DNA of 64,000 bases from NCBI GenBank assembly GCA_951406725.2, contig OX597819.1:40858001-40922000 (forward strand), in the 5' to 3' direction. This document shows, piece after piece, positions 14,264 through 28,310 of this stretch (its first letter is position 1; each line of letters begins with the position of its first letter). Source of the stretch: Octopus vulgaris (taxonomy: Eukaryota). Under the pieces are notes generated by a model. The model was given only the letters and a program-made list of their open reading frames with translations, made no database searches and was not told where the DNA came from. Made by a program: the position numbers and the translations under genes.

Positions 14264-14392
14264 ATTCGTAGCACTTAACATAGCCTTATCTGCCTTTTGA
14301 ATCTTCTGGATACCAAAGCACACACAAATACACACACACACACTATACAATATATATATGTGTATATATATATGTATATATATATGTATATA

Positions 14393-14454
<62 letters not shown>

Positions 14455-14457
<3 letters not shown>

Positions 14458-17400
14458 ATTTTGTTTGGTGTATATGTTGAGGCTTATTTGTACTTGTGGG
14501 TGTGTGTGAGTGGGGTGGGTGTTTGTATTTGTTATGGGTGTGTGGTTTACGTGTGTGTTTTTGTGTGTGAATGTATAGGTTAAAGGGATTGCTATATAAG
14601 TATGTTATAGTGTTTAGTAAAGGGAGGTTTTATTATTTCTGTTTTGTGAGTTTTAGCTTATCATGGTAGTTTTATAAAAGAATCCATTCATAATTTTTGT
14701 GTTTATTTGTCTGTGTGGGGTTGAGTGGGTTTTGGAGTATATGTTGAGGTTTATATGTATGTATTGGTATGTGTAAGTAGTGTGGGTATTTGTATATGTT
14801 GTGGGTGTGTGGTTTACGTGTGTGTATTTGTGTGTGAATGTATAGGTTAGGGGGATTGTTATATAGGTATGTTATAGAGTTTAGTAAAGGGAGATTTTAT
14901 CATTATATGTTTTTGTGAGTTTTGGTTTATCATGGTAGGTTTGTTAAGGAATTACTCTCACCCATCCGCACGGATGTGAATCTCCGGTGTATATGTTGAG
15001 GCTTATATGTAGTGCTGTGGAGGCGAACGTCGTTGAAATTGTGAATGAATGGGTGAAGTTGGGAATTGTAACCGGTTGGTGGACTAGCATTTTTGGAATT
15101 GTGAGTGGAATAGTGTAGTAGTGAGGTAGGCATCGAGAATATTTTTGGGTTGCTGCAAATTGTTTGTTAGAGCTGCTAAGGTGAGCTAAAGCTCATAAAT
15201 GTATATAATGATTTTTCATGGTAGTTTTTTAAAGAATCCATTCATAATAAATTTTTTTTAAGTAGTGTTGGTTTGCCACGTGGATATAGTTTTTAGTTCC
15301 ATTTATTCTTTTTCTCCATTCATAATTTTAAATGACGTTTACTTTCCATGACGCGTATTCTTTTTTTACATAAGTTATTTCTATGGTAACGTAATTTTGG
15401 TTTGATTTTTTTAACGGCTAAGTATTTAATTTCACTTTATAATTTGAAACTGAATTGTAAGTATGTATTTTATTTATCCTTATGTCATATTGTTATTTTT
15501 GATATTCTGGTTAATTACGATGTTTATGTATATGAGATTGTGTGTGAGTTTTTAGTTGTATAATTTATTTATCTGTATGAGTGTGGGTGTGTAAATATTG
15601 TTGTATATATCAAGTTTAGTGAGTATGTATATGCGTATATGTGAGGGAGTATATGTATCTGTTGTGTGTGTGTGTTTTGCGTGTGTGTGTGTTTGTGTGT
15701 GAATGTGTATATGGGTTTGTTATTTTGGTTTTGGGATGTATGTGTTAATTTGTTTGTGTGGGGAGGGAGTGGGTTTTGGTGTATATTGAGGTTTATAAGT
15801 TAGTATAGGTATGTGTATAAGTCGTGGGTCTGTGGTTTACGTGTGTGTATTTGTGTGTGAATGTTTAGGTTAAGGGGATTGCTATATAGACTGTTATAGA
15901 GTTTAGCAAAGGGAGATTTTATCGTTATATGTTTTTGAGAGTTTTGGTTTATCATGGTTTTTTTAGGGAATTCGTGGTAATTTGTCTATTTTCGATGTTG
16001 GTTGTTTTATTACATTGTTTCATTCATAATTTTTGAGTGGTGTTCGTTTTGCCACGTGAATATTATTTTTAATTCCATTTATTCCATTTCTCCATTCATT
16101 AATTTAGAGATGTTCGTTTCCAGAGCGGTTATACTTTTTATACATATGTTAAGTTCCTTGGTAAAGTAATTTTGTTTGGTGTATATGTTGAGGCTTATAT
16201 GTACTTGTGGGTGTGTGTGAGTGGGGTGGGTGTTTGTATTTGTTATGGGTGTGTGGTTTACGTGTGTGTTTTTTTGTGTGTGAATGTATAGGTTAAAGGG
16301 ATTGCTATATAAGTATGTTATAGTGTTTAGTAAAGGGAGGTTTTATCATTTCTGTTTTGTGAGTTTTAGCTTATCATGGTAGTTTTATAAAAGAATCCAT
16401 TCATCATTTTTGTGTTTATTTGTCTGTGTGGGGTTGAGTGGGTTTTTGGAGTATATGTTGAGGTTTATATGTATGTATTGGTATGTGTAAGTGGTGTGGG
16501 TATTTGTATATGTCGTGGGTGTGTGGTTTACGTGTGTGTATTTGTGTGTGAATGTTTAGGTTAGGGGGATTGCTATATAGGTATGTTATAGAGTTTAGTA
16601 AAGGGAGATTTTATCATTATATGTTTTTGTGAGTTTTGGTTTATCATGGTAGGTTTGTTAAGGAATTCGTAGTAAATTGTGTATATTTGCGATGTCTGTT
16701 GTTTTATTGCATTGTTGTTTTATTGCATTGCATTCATAATTTTTAAGTAGTGTTCGCTTTACCAAGTGAATATAATTTTTAATTCCATTTATTCCATTTC
16801 TCCGTTCATAATTTTGAGTGATGTCCGTTTTCTAGAGCGTGAATGTGGGTTGTATGTGTGTGTGTGTGGGAGTATGAATAAGTATTGTGTTGAAGTATTT
16901 AGCTATTTTATTTATTTTTAGTTGCCTAGACGTTTTTATGTGTATGTATAGGGATATATATATAGGTGTGTGATTTAGTGTATGTAGTTAGATATGGTTA
17001 TATATAATTAGGTTTATGTGTATGGGTGTATATATAGTTTATTATTATATTATTATTATTTTTTTGTTTTGTTTTATATTTTATATTTTATATTTAATTG
17101 TTGATAGGTTTATTTTAGTTTATATATTGTTTATATATTGATTATATATGGATTATATATAGGTTATATATGGATTATATATTTATATTTTTTCATTCAT
17201 ACTTTAATTATTTAAAAATTATTATTTGTATATTTTAAAATATTGATATTTTAGATTGAAGTCCACCTGAAGATTGTCGATCAAGACATGAAACGATTGT
17301 AGTCGCGGTTTTTTTGACTATTTATTAAAATTTTATGTATTGATTAAGTCTTTCCTTGTTTGTTTTGCAAAATAGTGGTTTTGTCTCTAATAATATTTTA

Positions 17401-17480
17401 TAATATTTTACTATAAAATTGGATTTAATCCTAAATCTGATTTTTTTCCCTGTAAATTTGGATTTATTCCCTAATATTTA
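14455..17480 (+). repeat. G/T-rich segment with nested direct repeats; probable non-coding retroelement (PLE-like) region
   Basis: 14455-14955 is nearly identical to 16166-16667, with shorter internal units also repeated. Its 3' end (...ttttccctgtaa.ttt.ga.tt.ttccctaa) resembles the end of the PLE at 37570-37600. Confidence 0.7.
17261..17310 (+). ncRNA. Hammerhead-like motif
   Basis: ccac CTGAAGA ttgtc..gaca t GAAAC gattgta GTC gcgg. Confidence 0.5.
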
Positions 17481-17484
17481 TTAT

Positions 17485-17568
<84 letters not shown>

Positions 17569-17869
17569 AGGCGCAATGGCCCAGTGGTTAGGGCAGCGGA
17601 CTCGCGGTCGTAGGATCACGGTTTCGTTTCCCAGACCGGGTGTTGTGAGTGTTTATTGACCGAAAACACCACGAGGCTCCGGCAGGGGGTGGTGGCGGTC
17701 CCTGCTGTACTCTTTCGCTACAACTTCCTCTCACTCTTTCTTCTGTTGGCCTGCTCGCCTAGCCAGCGTGGTGGCGTCATTTGAAGGCTAAAACAATGCG
17801 AAGCGCATTGTGACCAGCGATGTGTAGCAACATCTGATAGCCTGGTCGGTCACAATGATCACGGTGATA

Positions 17870-17910
<41 letters not shown>

Positions 17911-18395
17911 TGCAGGGGATGTATGTATGTGTAGATGGATGTATATTTACTGTACATTTATATAACTATTGTATATTAATATCACACATTATCCAAGCGA
18001 GTTATAGCGGTGAAGGTCTTTCTACGTTCGGGTGTATACACGTTAAATGCCGAACAACAGAAACAAAATATTATTACAGGCTTTCAGATATTCTGAGAAT
18101 TTGTATTAATCATCAAATAAAACTCTTCTGTCTTCTTTGCCACACCTTAGCGAGACAAAATTTTTCAGAAATTTAAATTCGACTGAATACATGTATGTAT
18201 GTATGTATGTATGTATGTATGTATGTATGTATGTATGTATGTATGTATGTATGTACGTACGTACGTACGTACGTATGTATGTATGTATGTATGTATGTAT
18301 GTATGTATGTATGTATGTATGTATGTATGCATAGATGTAAACATGATTGTATGTGTGCGTGTATATATATATGTATGTATGTGTATGCGTGTGTG

Positions 18396-18469
<74 letters not shown>

Positions 18470-19199
18470 TATATTAAGTACATGATTTAACTTAAAGAAC
18501 GAAGTTCAACAAATTTAATCATATTTTTCGTAAATGGAGGAGATTAGGTGTTAATATGGATTGAAATTATTTTTATTCATGTAGCTATGCGATCGTTTCA
18601 TATAGAAAGACAATAGATTCATTTTAAGAATCTAGGTTATCAAAAAGAATTCGTCAGTACCAAAAATTAATAAAAGGAAAAAACCTAAAAAAGCGTTAGA
18701 ATTACATGGGTATAGTGTTCGTAATGTGTAATTGTTCTTAGAGTCATGTCTATTTAAACCAAGACTGAAGGGTCTCAGTTGAGTGTTGATATATATATAA
18801 AAAATTAACAAGGGTTACATTCTCTCTATAGGTTAGTATAAAGAAGCTAATTTTAAACTCCCATATATGGGAGTGTGTATGTGTAAGTGTGTGCATCATT
18901 ACATGTGTGTTGTAGATACACACAACAAAGTGTGTGCATATATTTATTTAATGAATATAAAATAGAGAATCTATGAAATGTTTAACAAATTTTCATTGTG
19001 TAGCAATTAAGTAGGATTTGAAGGAGGTACGCCAGTTTATTTTACTCATTCTTGGAAAAACCTTGTATTTCTAGCTTTCTGTGTAAATCCCTAGGTACAT
19101 AGAAAAATGCACCTCTGATGATATGTACAAATGAAAATGTATAGCCATGGTACAAAAGCTGTAAATTCCGCATAATTTCACCATATTCCATTTTTCCTG

Positions 19200-20170
19200 A
19201 AATTTTGATAGTGCATGGCGTTCGTTCCCTGTTTCCCAGAACAATGTTATATCTGTTGTTTGTACCGTTTTACTGTTTTATTCACATATTGAAATATTCC
19301 ACCAGTATTTCTTGTTTTTAAAGGTGTAAATATCTTCTGGTTCCGACATACCTTTGATGTATTTATCAGAGCTATCTTCATATCAAGTCTCATGTGTAGA
19401 AAATATCTTGTAGACATTTTGGATGATGTAGGTGATATCTTTCGCACTGGTATAGCATAGCCGATATTTTCTATCACAATGAGGAAGATCGGTGATATCT
19501 TTGTCGCTCTTGTTTATCAGTTATTTAGTGGCAATCTCCTGTTCCTGAGTAACAAAGACAAATACTTCTAGATGAAATGTCAAGTATCTATATCATGTAC
19601 CGGAGAGGTTACTATTCCTGTCAATGCTGTTGTTAACATCCAGCTTCCGGGATATGTACCCCGTTTAGGTACGTCAGCCCAGCTTCCTCTGGATCATGTG
19701 AAACAGATATTTACACAGAGTACCTACTGAGGACCTCTTCCCATACTCTGCAGATGTTTTCACTTTTGAGTAAGCATGTAATGCATTTATTTCTTTACTG
19801 TTCAGTATGTGTTGTTTGAGTGATAAAATCCGACATTCAAAGACTGTTTGAACTGACCTTGTGCTTCTGTCGTCTTACATAGATCCTGTCAGTACCATTG
19901 TTAACCTGGATGTTGCCAGTCGCGGTTGTATCTTTCTAGTTTTGATGTCTAGGCTGTAGATCTCATCTAGTGTCCATTCTAATATACCAAATGTTGGTAT
20001 TAGCACTGGCACTGCAAAAGTATTGCAAAATATGGTTTTATTGAATGTAGAAAGCTCTAATTTTTCCTATTTTCTGGAGTCTCCTGAAGTATTTTTTGTT
20101 ACTCTGGCTTTACTCATAATACCAACCTATGCAACATTCTCATCATTTTAAAGCTACTTGTAGTATTCAT
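19200..20170 (-). mobile_element. Decayed R4/Dong-like LINE RT/C-terminal fragment
   Basis: Minus-strand remnant NTFAVPVLIPTFGILEWTLDEIYSLDIKTRK with many stops. Confidence 0.6.
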
Positions 20171-20293
20171 CATTGGAGACATGAGAGGTAGACAAGCTAT
20201 TGACGGTCATATTCCCTGCCTGGTCGACAGTCCTTCTTCGTTTGGTTAGTATGATGTGCATTTGATGTGCATTTGTATATGTACACACAAACA

Positions 20294-20337
<44 letters not shown>

Positions 20338-20652
20338 GATATATATACACGCACACATACATATATACATGCGCACAAACATACCATGCAACGTGAACAA
20401 CTATTGGACCTTGAGTGGTTTAGCATTTGTCATTTTCTTAAAATTACATCCATTAGTTTTGCTGTGGGCCGCAGTGTGTATCATATACTGCTTTGATTAA
20501 TAAACTTTATTGATCGATTGTTATTTTCTTTAGAGTGGACTATACATGCCATATGTGTGCATGAGAGATACTAACAGGGTGCTGACCACACTCTACTGGA
20601 TCATGAACTAATATACATACATGCATGCAAACATACATACATAGATACATAC

Positions 20653-20683
<31 letters not shown>

Positions 20684-20760
20684 CATGCACATACACACAC
20701 ACATACATACATACATACATACATACATACATACATACATACATACATACATACATACAA

Positions 20761-20812
<52 letters not shown>

Positions 20813-20925
20813 GTTAAAATAGCCCCATTAAGGGACTAAAATATCCAATGAATTACTTTTTTTGTGAATAATATTCATAAAATAATAGGTTTAAGTATTA
20901 ATCTTGGTTTATAAATATTCAAATT

Positions 20926-21300
20926 AAAATTCAGAAAATGGACAAGTAGCATAAATATAATTTATTAACTGCAAAAATCCAACATATTCTCTTACAGCTG
21001 TTTCGATTTTGCCCAAAGAATTAAGTTCTGGTAATTAAAGCATTTTATTGGGCAAAATCTCATCATAGGAGTAGAAAAGACATACCGTTAGGTTGTTAGA
21101 TATGTCTGTTGAGAAGATTTGGAGACATAACAACCTAACGATATTTCTTTTCTACTTCTCTCATAAGATTTTTCCCAATAAACTGTTTTAATTACTGGAA
21201 TTTAATTCTTTGGGCAAAATCGAAACAGCAGTAAGAGAATATGTTAAATTTTTGAAGTTAATAAATTATATTAATGCCACATCTCCATTTTCCGAATTTT
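20926..21300. repeat. Fold-back inverted repeat, arms about 175 bp
   Basis: aacatattctcttacagctgtttcgattttgcccaaagaattaa... is mirrored by ...ttaattctttgggcaaaatcgaaacagcagtaagagaatatgtt. Confidence 0.9.
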
Positions 21301-21749
21301 AAACAGAATTCAGCTGCATATCAAATGATAAATTCTTATAAAGATATCCTATTTTTCAGCTGTTAACTTAACCGGATTATATTCAGTGCTGAATTTTATT
21401 CTTAATAAACACGTGTACCGAGATGCAATTCGAAAAGCCTGCATTTTACATAGATATATAAGTGTGAACAATTCTATATACTCTGCTGGATACATTTGGT
21501 GTTCGTCTGGTATGTTGATTTTTTCGTTCATTTTTATGTGTCTTGAATTATGCTTGCACTGACGATTAAAAAGTGCATTTTCTGCACTAATTATGAAATC
21601 ATATGATATGCAGCAGAATTCTGTTTTTAAAATGCTCGCTTCGAGAGTTGCATTCCCTCGAGTTCGGTACAATGCGTTTATTTATTATGGTAGTTTTGAC
21701 TTTAAGAGTCCTTCCTAGCGTGAGGCATTAATGTATAGTAATGTCCTTA

Positions 21750-21899
<150 letters not shown>

Positions 21900-22665
21900 G
21901 CGACCGTCGATTTATAATCGGTCAATAAGGCCATCAACTGCTCTGGTTTCATAGTTATATACATACACTATATATGCATATATATGTAACTTATTGTTAA
22001 TAAAAGCCAGGGTACACTGCGTTCCCTTAATAAATGAAAAATGTATTGTAAATACACGCAGTGGGACTGAACCCAGAACTTTGGTGCTGGGAAGCAAACT
22101 TCTTACCACACAGCTACGCAACGTTGTTTACTCTTCTTTTTGTCTTTTGTTTGTTTGTTTGTCATTATCTGATAATTGGCGATAAGCTTCTTTCATACAT
22201 CATTTTACGAACTATTCACGGGGAGCTTCTTTCTCATGATGACTCGACACTTACTATAGGTAGCAGCAACCAAAACTCCCTAAAAACCACCCATCCTATT
22301 ATATTAAAAGAAAAACCAAGAAGTCCTATATACTGTATGTCAGAGAAAAAAGACGGTGTGGTCACGGTTGAAACAACTTGGATCATGGGTCTACTCGATA
22401 AGAGCTGACTTTGTTCTAAACAACACATCAAGCAAAAACAAAAACAAAAACAAAACCAATTCTAAAGCAGCAGTTTCCGTTTATGTTATCACGTTACTTC
22501 TGTCTTATAATATTTTCTGAAAATTTTTATATGGAAGTGTCATGGAATGTGATACTGGATTTGAGATTAATATAATTAGAAGTTATATTTTTTAAAAAAT
22601 AAATTCGAATATTTGTATTTAGGAAATCTTTTATAAAGGTTTTTACTAGGTAAAACAATACTCAC

Positions 22666-22680
22666 TGACTCCACCGGCAA
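22666..22680 (-). CDS. Probable 15-nt microexon (adds VAGGV) of the secreted-protein gene
   Basis: Minus strand reads ttgttttatttttcAG|TTGCCGGTGGAGTCA|GTGAGT: strong acceptor and donor, symmetric phase 1, frame preserved between exon 1 and the exon at 9514. Confidence 0.5.
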
Positions 22681-23009
22681 CTGAAAAATAAAACAATAAT
22701 ATTAGTATGGATTAATATTTTAAATCCAGTGTTATGTGCATTTTTATTAACATGAAGCGAATAATGTTTCTGGCAAGTAGTAAGGAAATATTGATTTGAT
22801 AATTTTCGACGGAGAAAGGTTGCGAAGATAAAATATCGTGACAAGGAAGGTTGTGTATTCACTGATTAATGTAGAATCTCGGAATAGTGTGATGGCAAAC
22901 TGATTACCATAGCAAGAGAAGATATGTGAAGCTGTAATAGATATAGACATCCCAAAACAAAATGGCTGTTGTAGCATTATTGGAAAACGGATTTAAAAAC
23001 ATTTCAGTA

Positions 23010-23044
<35 letters not shown>

Positions 23045-23051
23045 AATAAGG

Positions 23052-23126
<75 letters not shown>

Positions 23127-23139
23127 GTAATAATAATAA

Positions 23140-23476
23140 TTGAAATACAAAAGATGTGGCCTCTTAAAACAAGAACTGTTCCTGTTATTGTGGGTGTCCT
23201 AGGTATGATAAAAAAGGGGTGTCAGAAACATCCAGATAATATCCCAGGAGAACCATGTCTCAGAGAAATCCAAAAGATTGTGCTGCCAAGTACTGGCCAC
23301 ATCCTTAGGAAAACTTTATCAATTTAAATGTCAGTGTTGTATTATATGAAGATATTTCGCTATTGCCCCTGCCAGTTTCCCTCCATAAGTTTACAGTCAT
23401 GCTGTAACATCTCTTATCCTTCACTCACACTATGACGGTGGGTGTATCTCGGCAAGTGATTGTAACAAACATGCAT

Positions 23477-23477
<1 letters not shown>
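23140..23477 (+). mobile_element. 5'-truncated Dong/R4-type RLE LINE inserted in (TAA)n
   Basis: EIQKMW..KTRTVPVIVGVLGMI...EIQKIVL.STGHILRKTL is the RLE C-terminus. It is flanked by (TAA)n on both sides, the known Dong target. Confidence 0.75.
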
Positions 23478-23536
<59 letters not shown>

Positions 23537-23544
23537 CTTTTCTA

Positions 23545-23932
23545 CTATAGGCACAAGGCCCGAAATTTTGGGGGAGAGGGTAGTCAATTACAACGACCTC
23601 AGTTCGCAACTGGTACTTAATTTATCGACTCCGAAAGGATGAAAGCCAAAGTTGACCTCGGCGAAATTTGAACTCAGAACGTAAAGACAGAAGAAATACC
23701 TATTTCTTTACTGCCCACAAGGGGCTAAACACAGAGGGGACAAACAAGGACAGACAAAGGGATTAAGTCGATTACATCGACCCCAGTGCGTAACTGGTGC
23801 TTAATTTATCAACCCCGAAAGGATGAAAGGCAAAGTCGACCTCGGCGGAATTTGAACTCAGAACGTAACGGCAGACGAAATACCGCTAAGCATTTCGCCC
23901 GGCGTGCTAACGTTTCTGCCAGCTTGACGCCT
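23545..23932 (+). mobile_element. Tandem SINE copies (...ccgaaaggatgaaaggcaaagtcgacctcggcggaatttgaactcag...)
   Basis: Two adjacent copies; related sequences at 24595-24815, 53580-53785 and 56860-57000. Confidence 0.7.
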
Positions 23933-25414
23933 TACTGCTACTACTATTACAACAACAACAACAACAACAACAACAACTACTACTACTACTACTACTACTG
24001 ATGATGATGACGATGATGATGATGATAAATGGTATGGTTCTTGATCTAATATTATTGTTAAATCCTGCTAAACACCTTGCTCTTAATGCAGACTGTTTCG
24101 TGTGAAGTGTGAATATCTGTCCTAGTGAGCATCTTGACTAACACAAACTCAACTCAAGTCTCAGCCATTTCATATAATATATTCTTCGTACCTGCGATTT
24201 CTAATCGTGGTCAATAGATTAGAAAGGAATGACGTCTTATTTTCTCTTAATAAACTGGATGAAACAAAATCCATTAATGCTTGCGTGATATTAAAACATT
24301 CACCAAAGGAGATTAAATTGATAGTTCCACCGCTCAATGAAAATTGGGTCTTATGGGATATTTTCATTTTGGTATACGACAAATTTAATAACTTTTCTCC
24401 ATCAAAATTTGTAGTTTTCTATCAATTCTTCCAAATAGAGAACATTCAATTTTATCTAAGCGCCCTAAGACTTGATGAAAGAATGAAACTCCCCGAGCAA
24501 TTTCTAGATTCCATCACCAGATTTGCCAACAAATTGTAACAGGTATATTGTATTTCCAAATCTGGTCATATATTATTTTACTGTTTCACATTTTAAGGCG
24601 GTGAGTTGGCAGAGTTGTTAGCATCTTGGACAAAGTACTTTGCGGCATTTCTTCCGGCTTTGTGTTCTGAATTCAAATGCCCCCGAGGCCAACTTTTCCT
24701 TTCATCCCTTTCGGGATCGATAAAATAAAGTACCAGTCAAGTAGTGGGATCGATATAATCTCCTAGTCCCCTACTTATAAAATTTCAGGCCTTGTGCCTA
24801 TAGTGGAAAGAATTATTGTTAATCTGGTAAAGATTATTAATGAATTCAATGTTATTTGTACCTAAGTTTTCTGTTTCTCTCTGGAGAGATAGTATTTTCC
24901 TGTTACAGTCGACATATGTAACGCTTAACTATGAAACAGAACCTGATTAATAAACTAAGGAAAAAATTCGAAAACGCTATCTATAATAGATCTATCATTT
25001 ATATTATTAATAAGGTAACTGACTGGAAAAGTAATTATTTATATCAAGCGTGATTATACAAGCATGCATACATACATACGTACATACACACGGAGCATGC
25101 GTGTGTGCGTGCGTGCGTGTATGTGTGTGTATACATGATGTGTGCGTGTTTTGGAGAAATTACAATAAACACAAGTTTATATAAATCGTACCCTACTAAC
25201 GTTTCACTGTTGAGATTGCTTTGGAACCTTTGCATAATATGTTTAACGATAACGAATCGTCAGGGGAACGCTTTATTTCATTATGTTACAGACATCGGAT
25301 GTCTAAGACAATTGCCCTTGAGATATCAAATGCAGAGGTTCCAAACAACCACAATGTTGAAAAACGTTTGAGGGGAACAAACGATATAAATTTGTGTTTA
25401 TCATAATTTCTCCT

Positions 25415-25458
<44 letters not shown>

Positions 25459-26281
25459 GCAAACACACACACAAACACACACATTTAAGCCACAGCTCAG
25501 TAGGACGGATACTGTATTTCGCTTAGTTGTATTCTGGATTCAAATCCAACCATATACATTTTCCTCAAACATCAAAGTTAAGATGTTACAAAGAGTATTA
25601 GGATTTCCTAGCGTCACAATCGTATCATAACAGAATATCATAGATAGATTATTATTTCGTCTTCCTCCTATATGTAAGGTTTTTAAAGGTGTTTTTTTGT
25701 CTATATTATTCTTTCAGCACATTTCAACACAGTTGTTAGCATAGTCACAATGGAAATGCAAAGAGAAATGAAATAATATTTTTCAATAGAAAGTTATATG
25801 TGGCTCTTTCTAGAGCACGTTCACCTTTTTATCATGAAGATAAAAATAATATGTAACGACTCACAAGATAAAAGATCCTACAAATGTATAACAAAGAATA
25901 TAGTTTTTATATTGTTGTTTCCTAACACCTCATGTCAGTATTACATGAGAATTTCCTTTCGAGGACCAAATGCTTAAAAAAAAAGGGGTAAGAAAGGAAA
26001 GAAATTTATGGATTTTATGTTTTTCTGCAAAGTTCCAGAAATCTTGTGGTTTTCAAAATAACCGTGGAATTTCCACGGATTTTGCTAGTTAGCATAATTC
26101 GCGTTTCCTTTCTACAACGAAACTTGACTTTCGTACTCCTCAAATTATCAATGATACGATTTTCCTACGAGGGCGCGAAGCCTAAAATTATAGAGGAAGA
26201 ATTTAAGGTGTTGTGGCATTCAGGCCAGCCCGAAGATATTTACAAAAGTGATTGCGATTAGAAAAAAAAAATAATATTTAC

Positions 26282-26333
26282 CGGGGGCGATTGCAACAGT
26301 GCTTAAGATGAAAAGGAGTGAAATCATCATCAT
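26282..26333 (-). CDS. Exon 1 of unannotated secreted-protein gene (signal peptide MMMISLLFILSTVAIAP)
   Basis: ATG at 26333, 17 mostly hydrophobic codons plus 1 nt, then donor G|GTAAAT (phase 1). TATAAAA lies about 55-60 nt upstream of the ATG. The phase matches the downstream exons. Linkage to those exons is inferred. Confidence 0.7.
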
Positions 26334-26354
26334 GATTGCTTCTTGCTTGCGTTG

Positions 26355-26392
26355 CAAGTGGCTTTTCTCTCTGGTGAAGACCTGTTTTTATA
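26355..26392 (-). promoter_or_regulatory. TATA box and Inr-like element of the secreted-protein gene
   Basis: TATAAAA at 26392-26386 and CCACTT about 30 nt downstream, just before the ATG cluster. Confidence 0.55.
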
Positions 26393-26455
26393 AGAATGTT
26401 CGAACAGCTGAAACCATCATCGTCGTCCTTTTCCTCCTCCTCATCATTGACTCCC

Positions 26456-26501
<46 letters not shown>

Positions 26502-26538
26502 CACCACCACCACCACCACCACCACCACCACCACTACA

Positions 26539-26585
<47 letters not shown>
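26456..26585. repeat. (CTA)n/(CCA)n microsatellite upstream of the secreted-protein promoter; representative of dozens of SSRs in the window
   Basis: Direct reading. Other arrays include (TA)n, (CA)n, (TATG)n, (GATA)n and (TAA)n. Confidence 0.95.
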
Positions 26586-26587
<2 letters not shown>

Positions 26588-28310
26588 TAAAATATTTAAG
26601 AGTTTGTAGCCTTAGATAAAAGTATAAAGCAAGAAACCAATAACCTAGCTATAATAGATATATAAAGAAATTTACAGACTGAAGAATTATGTGAAGTCAC
26701 AACTGTTCAGTATAACGAAATAAATTCTCTTGTCATTTGTTTACTAAATGGTAGCTATGAAAGAATTTGTATTGCTATTTAAACGCAATGTTTCGTTGAT
26801 CATATCAATGCATATACACATTATCTGATTATCGACAAATATGTTCATATTTTTTTTTTCCGTATTCTTTCTTCCTTTTATTTCCTAATTTCTTTCTCTT
26901 CTTTTATTTTTTTACGTTTCTTTAAGAATTAGTTCTGAATGCATGCGGGATTTTTTTTCAAGAGATTATTTCGCCTTAAAACTTGTCTAAAATAGCAACA
27001 GCTGTCAGTTATATTTATATTGCTTTTTACATTTTTTCGCTTAGTGATAAAATATTTTCCATCCTCTTGATCCTCAGGCAAAGAGCAAGGTTCCAAATCA
27101 TTCGATTTTACAATCTTAACATCAATTAAACTTATCTCACTCTGCTGCCAACACAGACCTTCAACAGTTTCCTTGGATTTCATGTTTTACCTTTTTACAA
27201 TTTAATTTTCTATTGATTTAAGAATCATATAAGGATAAACTCAAATTGATTTTTAACCCACATTTTAATCTCTTATCGTCCAGATTATTCTATTTAAACC
27301 GCTATACTTTTATTAAATATGAAGCAGATATATAATCGATGAAACCTTCTCTGGGTAATTCAAAGTTGTGAGGTCAAGGATTACTGATAGACACAAAGAA
27401 CTGCGTGGTGTTGCTTTTGGCGATTTCAACAGCTAGGTTATTTAGTCCAGCAACAGCTAAGTGACACGACACACACATGAGACGAAAAACGGATCGCTAT
27501 ACTTTTGTCCAATACTAAAATATCATAACCGACATAAATATCTGAAATTCACTCGACTTAATTCACCATCGCCTGATTTAATATCACTAATTGAGACTTG
27601 AATGTTTTTAGCATGAGCCCACTCTATTCCAAGCCTCGGGCTAAGGCTCCTACTTGAAGACAACTTCCTTCTTCCTCTCATCAGTCACAGACACCCTGCA
27701 AAAGGCCCGTAGGAGCCAATTTTTTTTTAGCGTGAAGAAAACATAAATGGCAATGATTGATATTTGGTTTTGCAACAGGAAAATTCAGTGTCTCATTGTT
27801 CTGAATTCAAATCTTACATAGGCAGAATTAATCAGGATTTCAATACTATTTTTACACGAATTGAATTAGAACAGAGGGTAAAAAAAAGGTTATTATTTAT
27901 TCATCTTCTAATAGAATCCCCAAAATAGCGTTTGTTCCCCATCACCATTTCACAACCGGTGTTCATTTGGTTATGTCCCTGTAACTTAGTGGTTTCGCAA
28001 ACAGAGTGCGATAGAATAAGCACAACGCTTAAACGAAAAGAAAGCACGGGGGTCGATTTGCTCGGCTCTTCAAGGTGGTGTCTTAGTATGGCTGCAGTCC
28101 AACAAATGAAACAATTTAAAGACTAAAGATAAAAGACAAAGTTTCTGTTTTTCTGAAAGTAAAACAGAAGCATAAATTTTTCTAGTGGTTGTGGAGCAAT
28201 CAGTTAAAGCACAATATTATTCACTTTGTAAGGCGGCAAAGTGGAAGAAACGTTAGCACGCCGGGCGAAATGCTTAGCAGTATTTCATCTGTCTTTACGT
28301 TCTATACGTA

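Noticed and set aside
17566-17640. tRNA genes
   Set aside because: The tRNA-like heads continue into SINE bodies found in multiple copies; no complete cloverleaf.
25865-25877. 13-nt candidate microexon (tgtAG|GATCTTTTATCTT|GTGAGT, minus strand)
   Set aside because: The splice sites are good but it shifts the frame unless another compensating exon exists; only a weak 11-nt candidate near 10850 was seen.
24170-27183. ORFs 24207-24539 and 26929-27183 as genes
   Set aside because: No recognisable motif or convincing splice context; probably decayed TE or chance ORFs.
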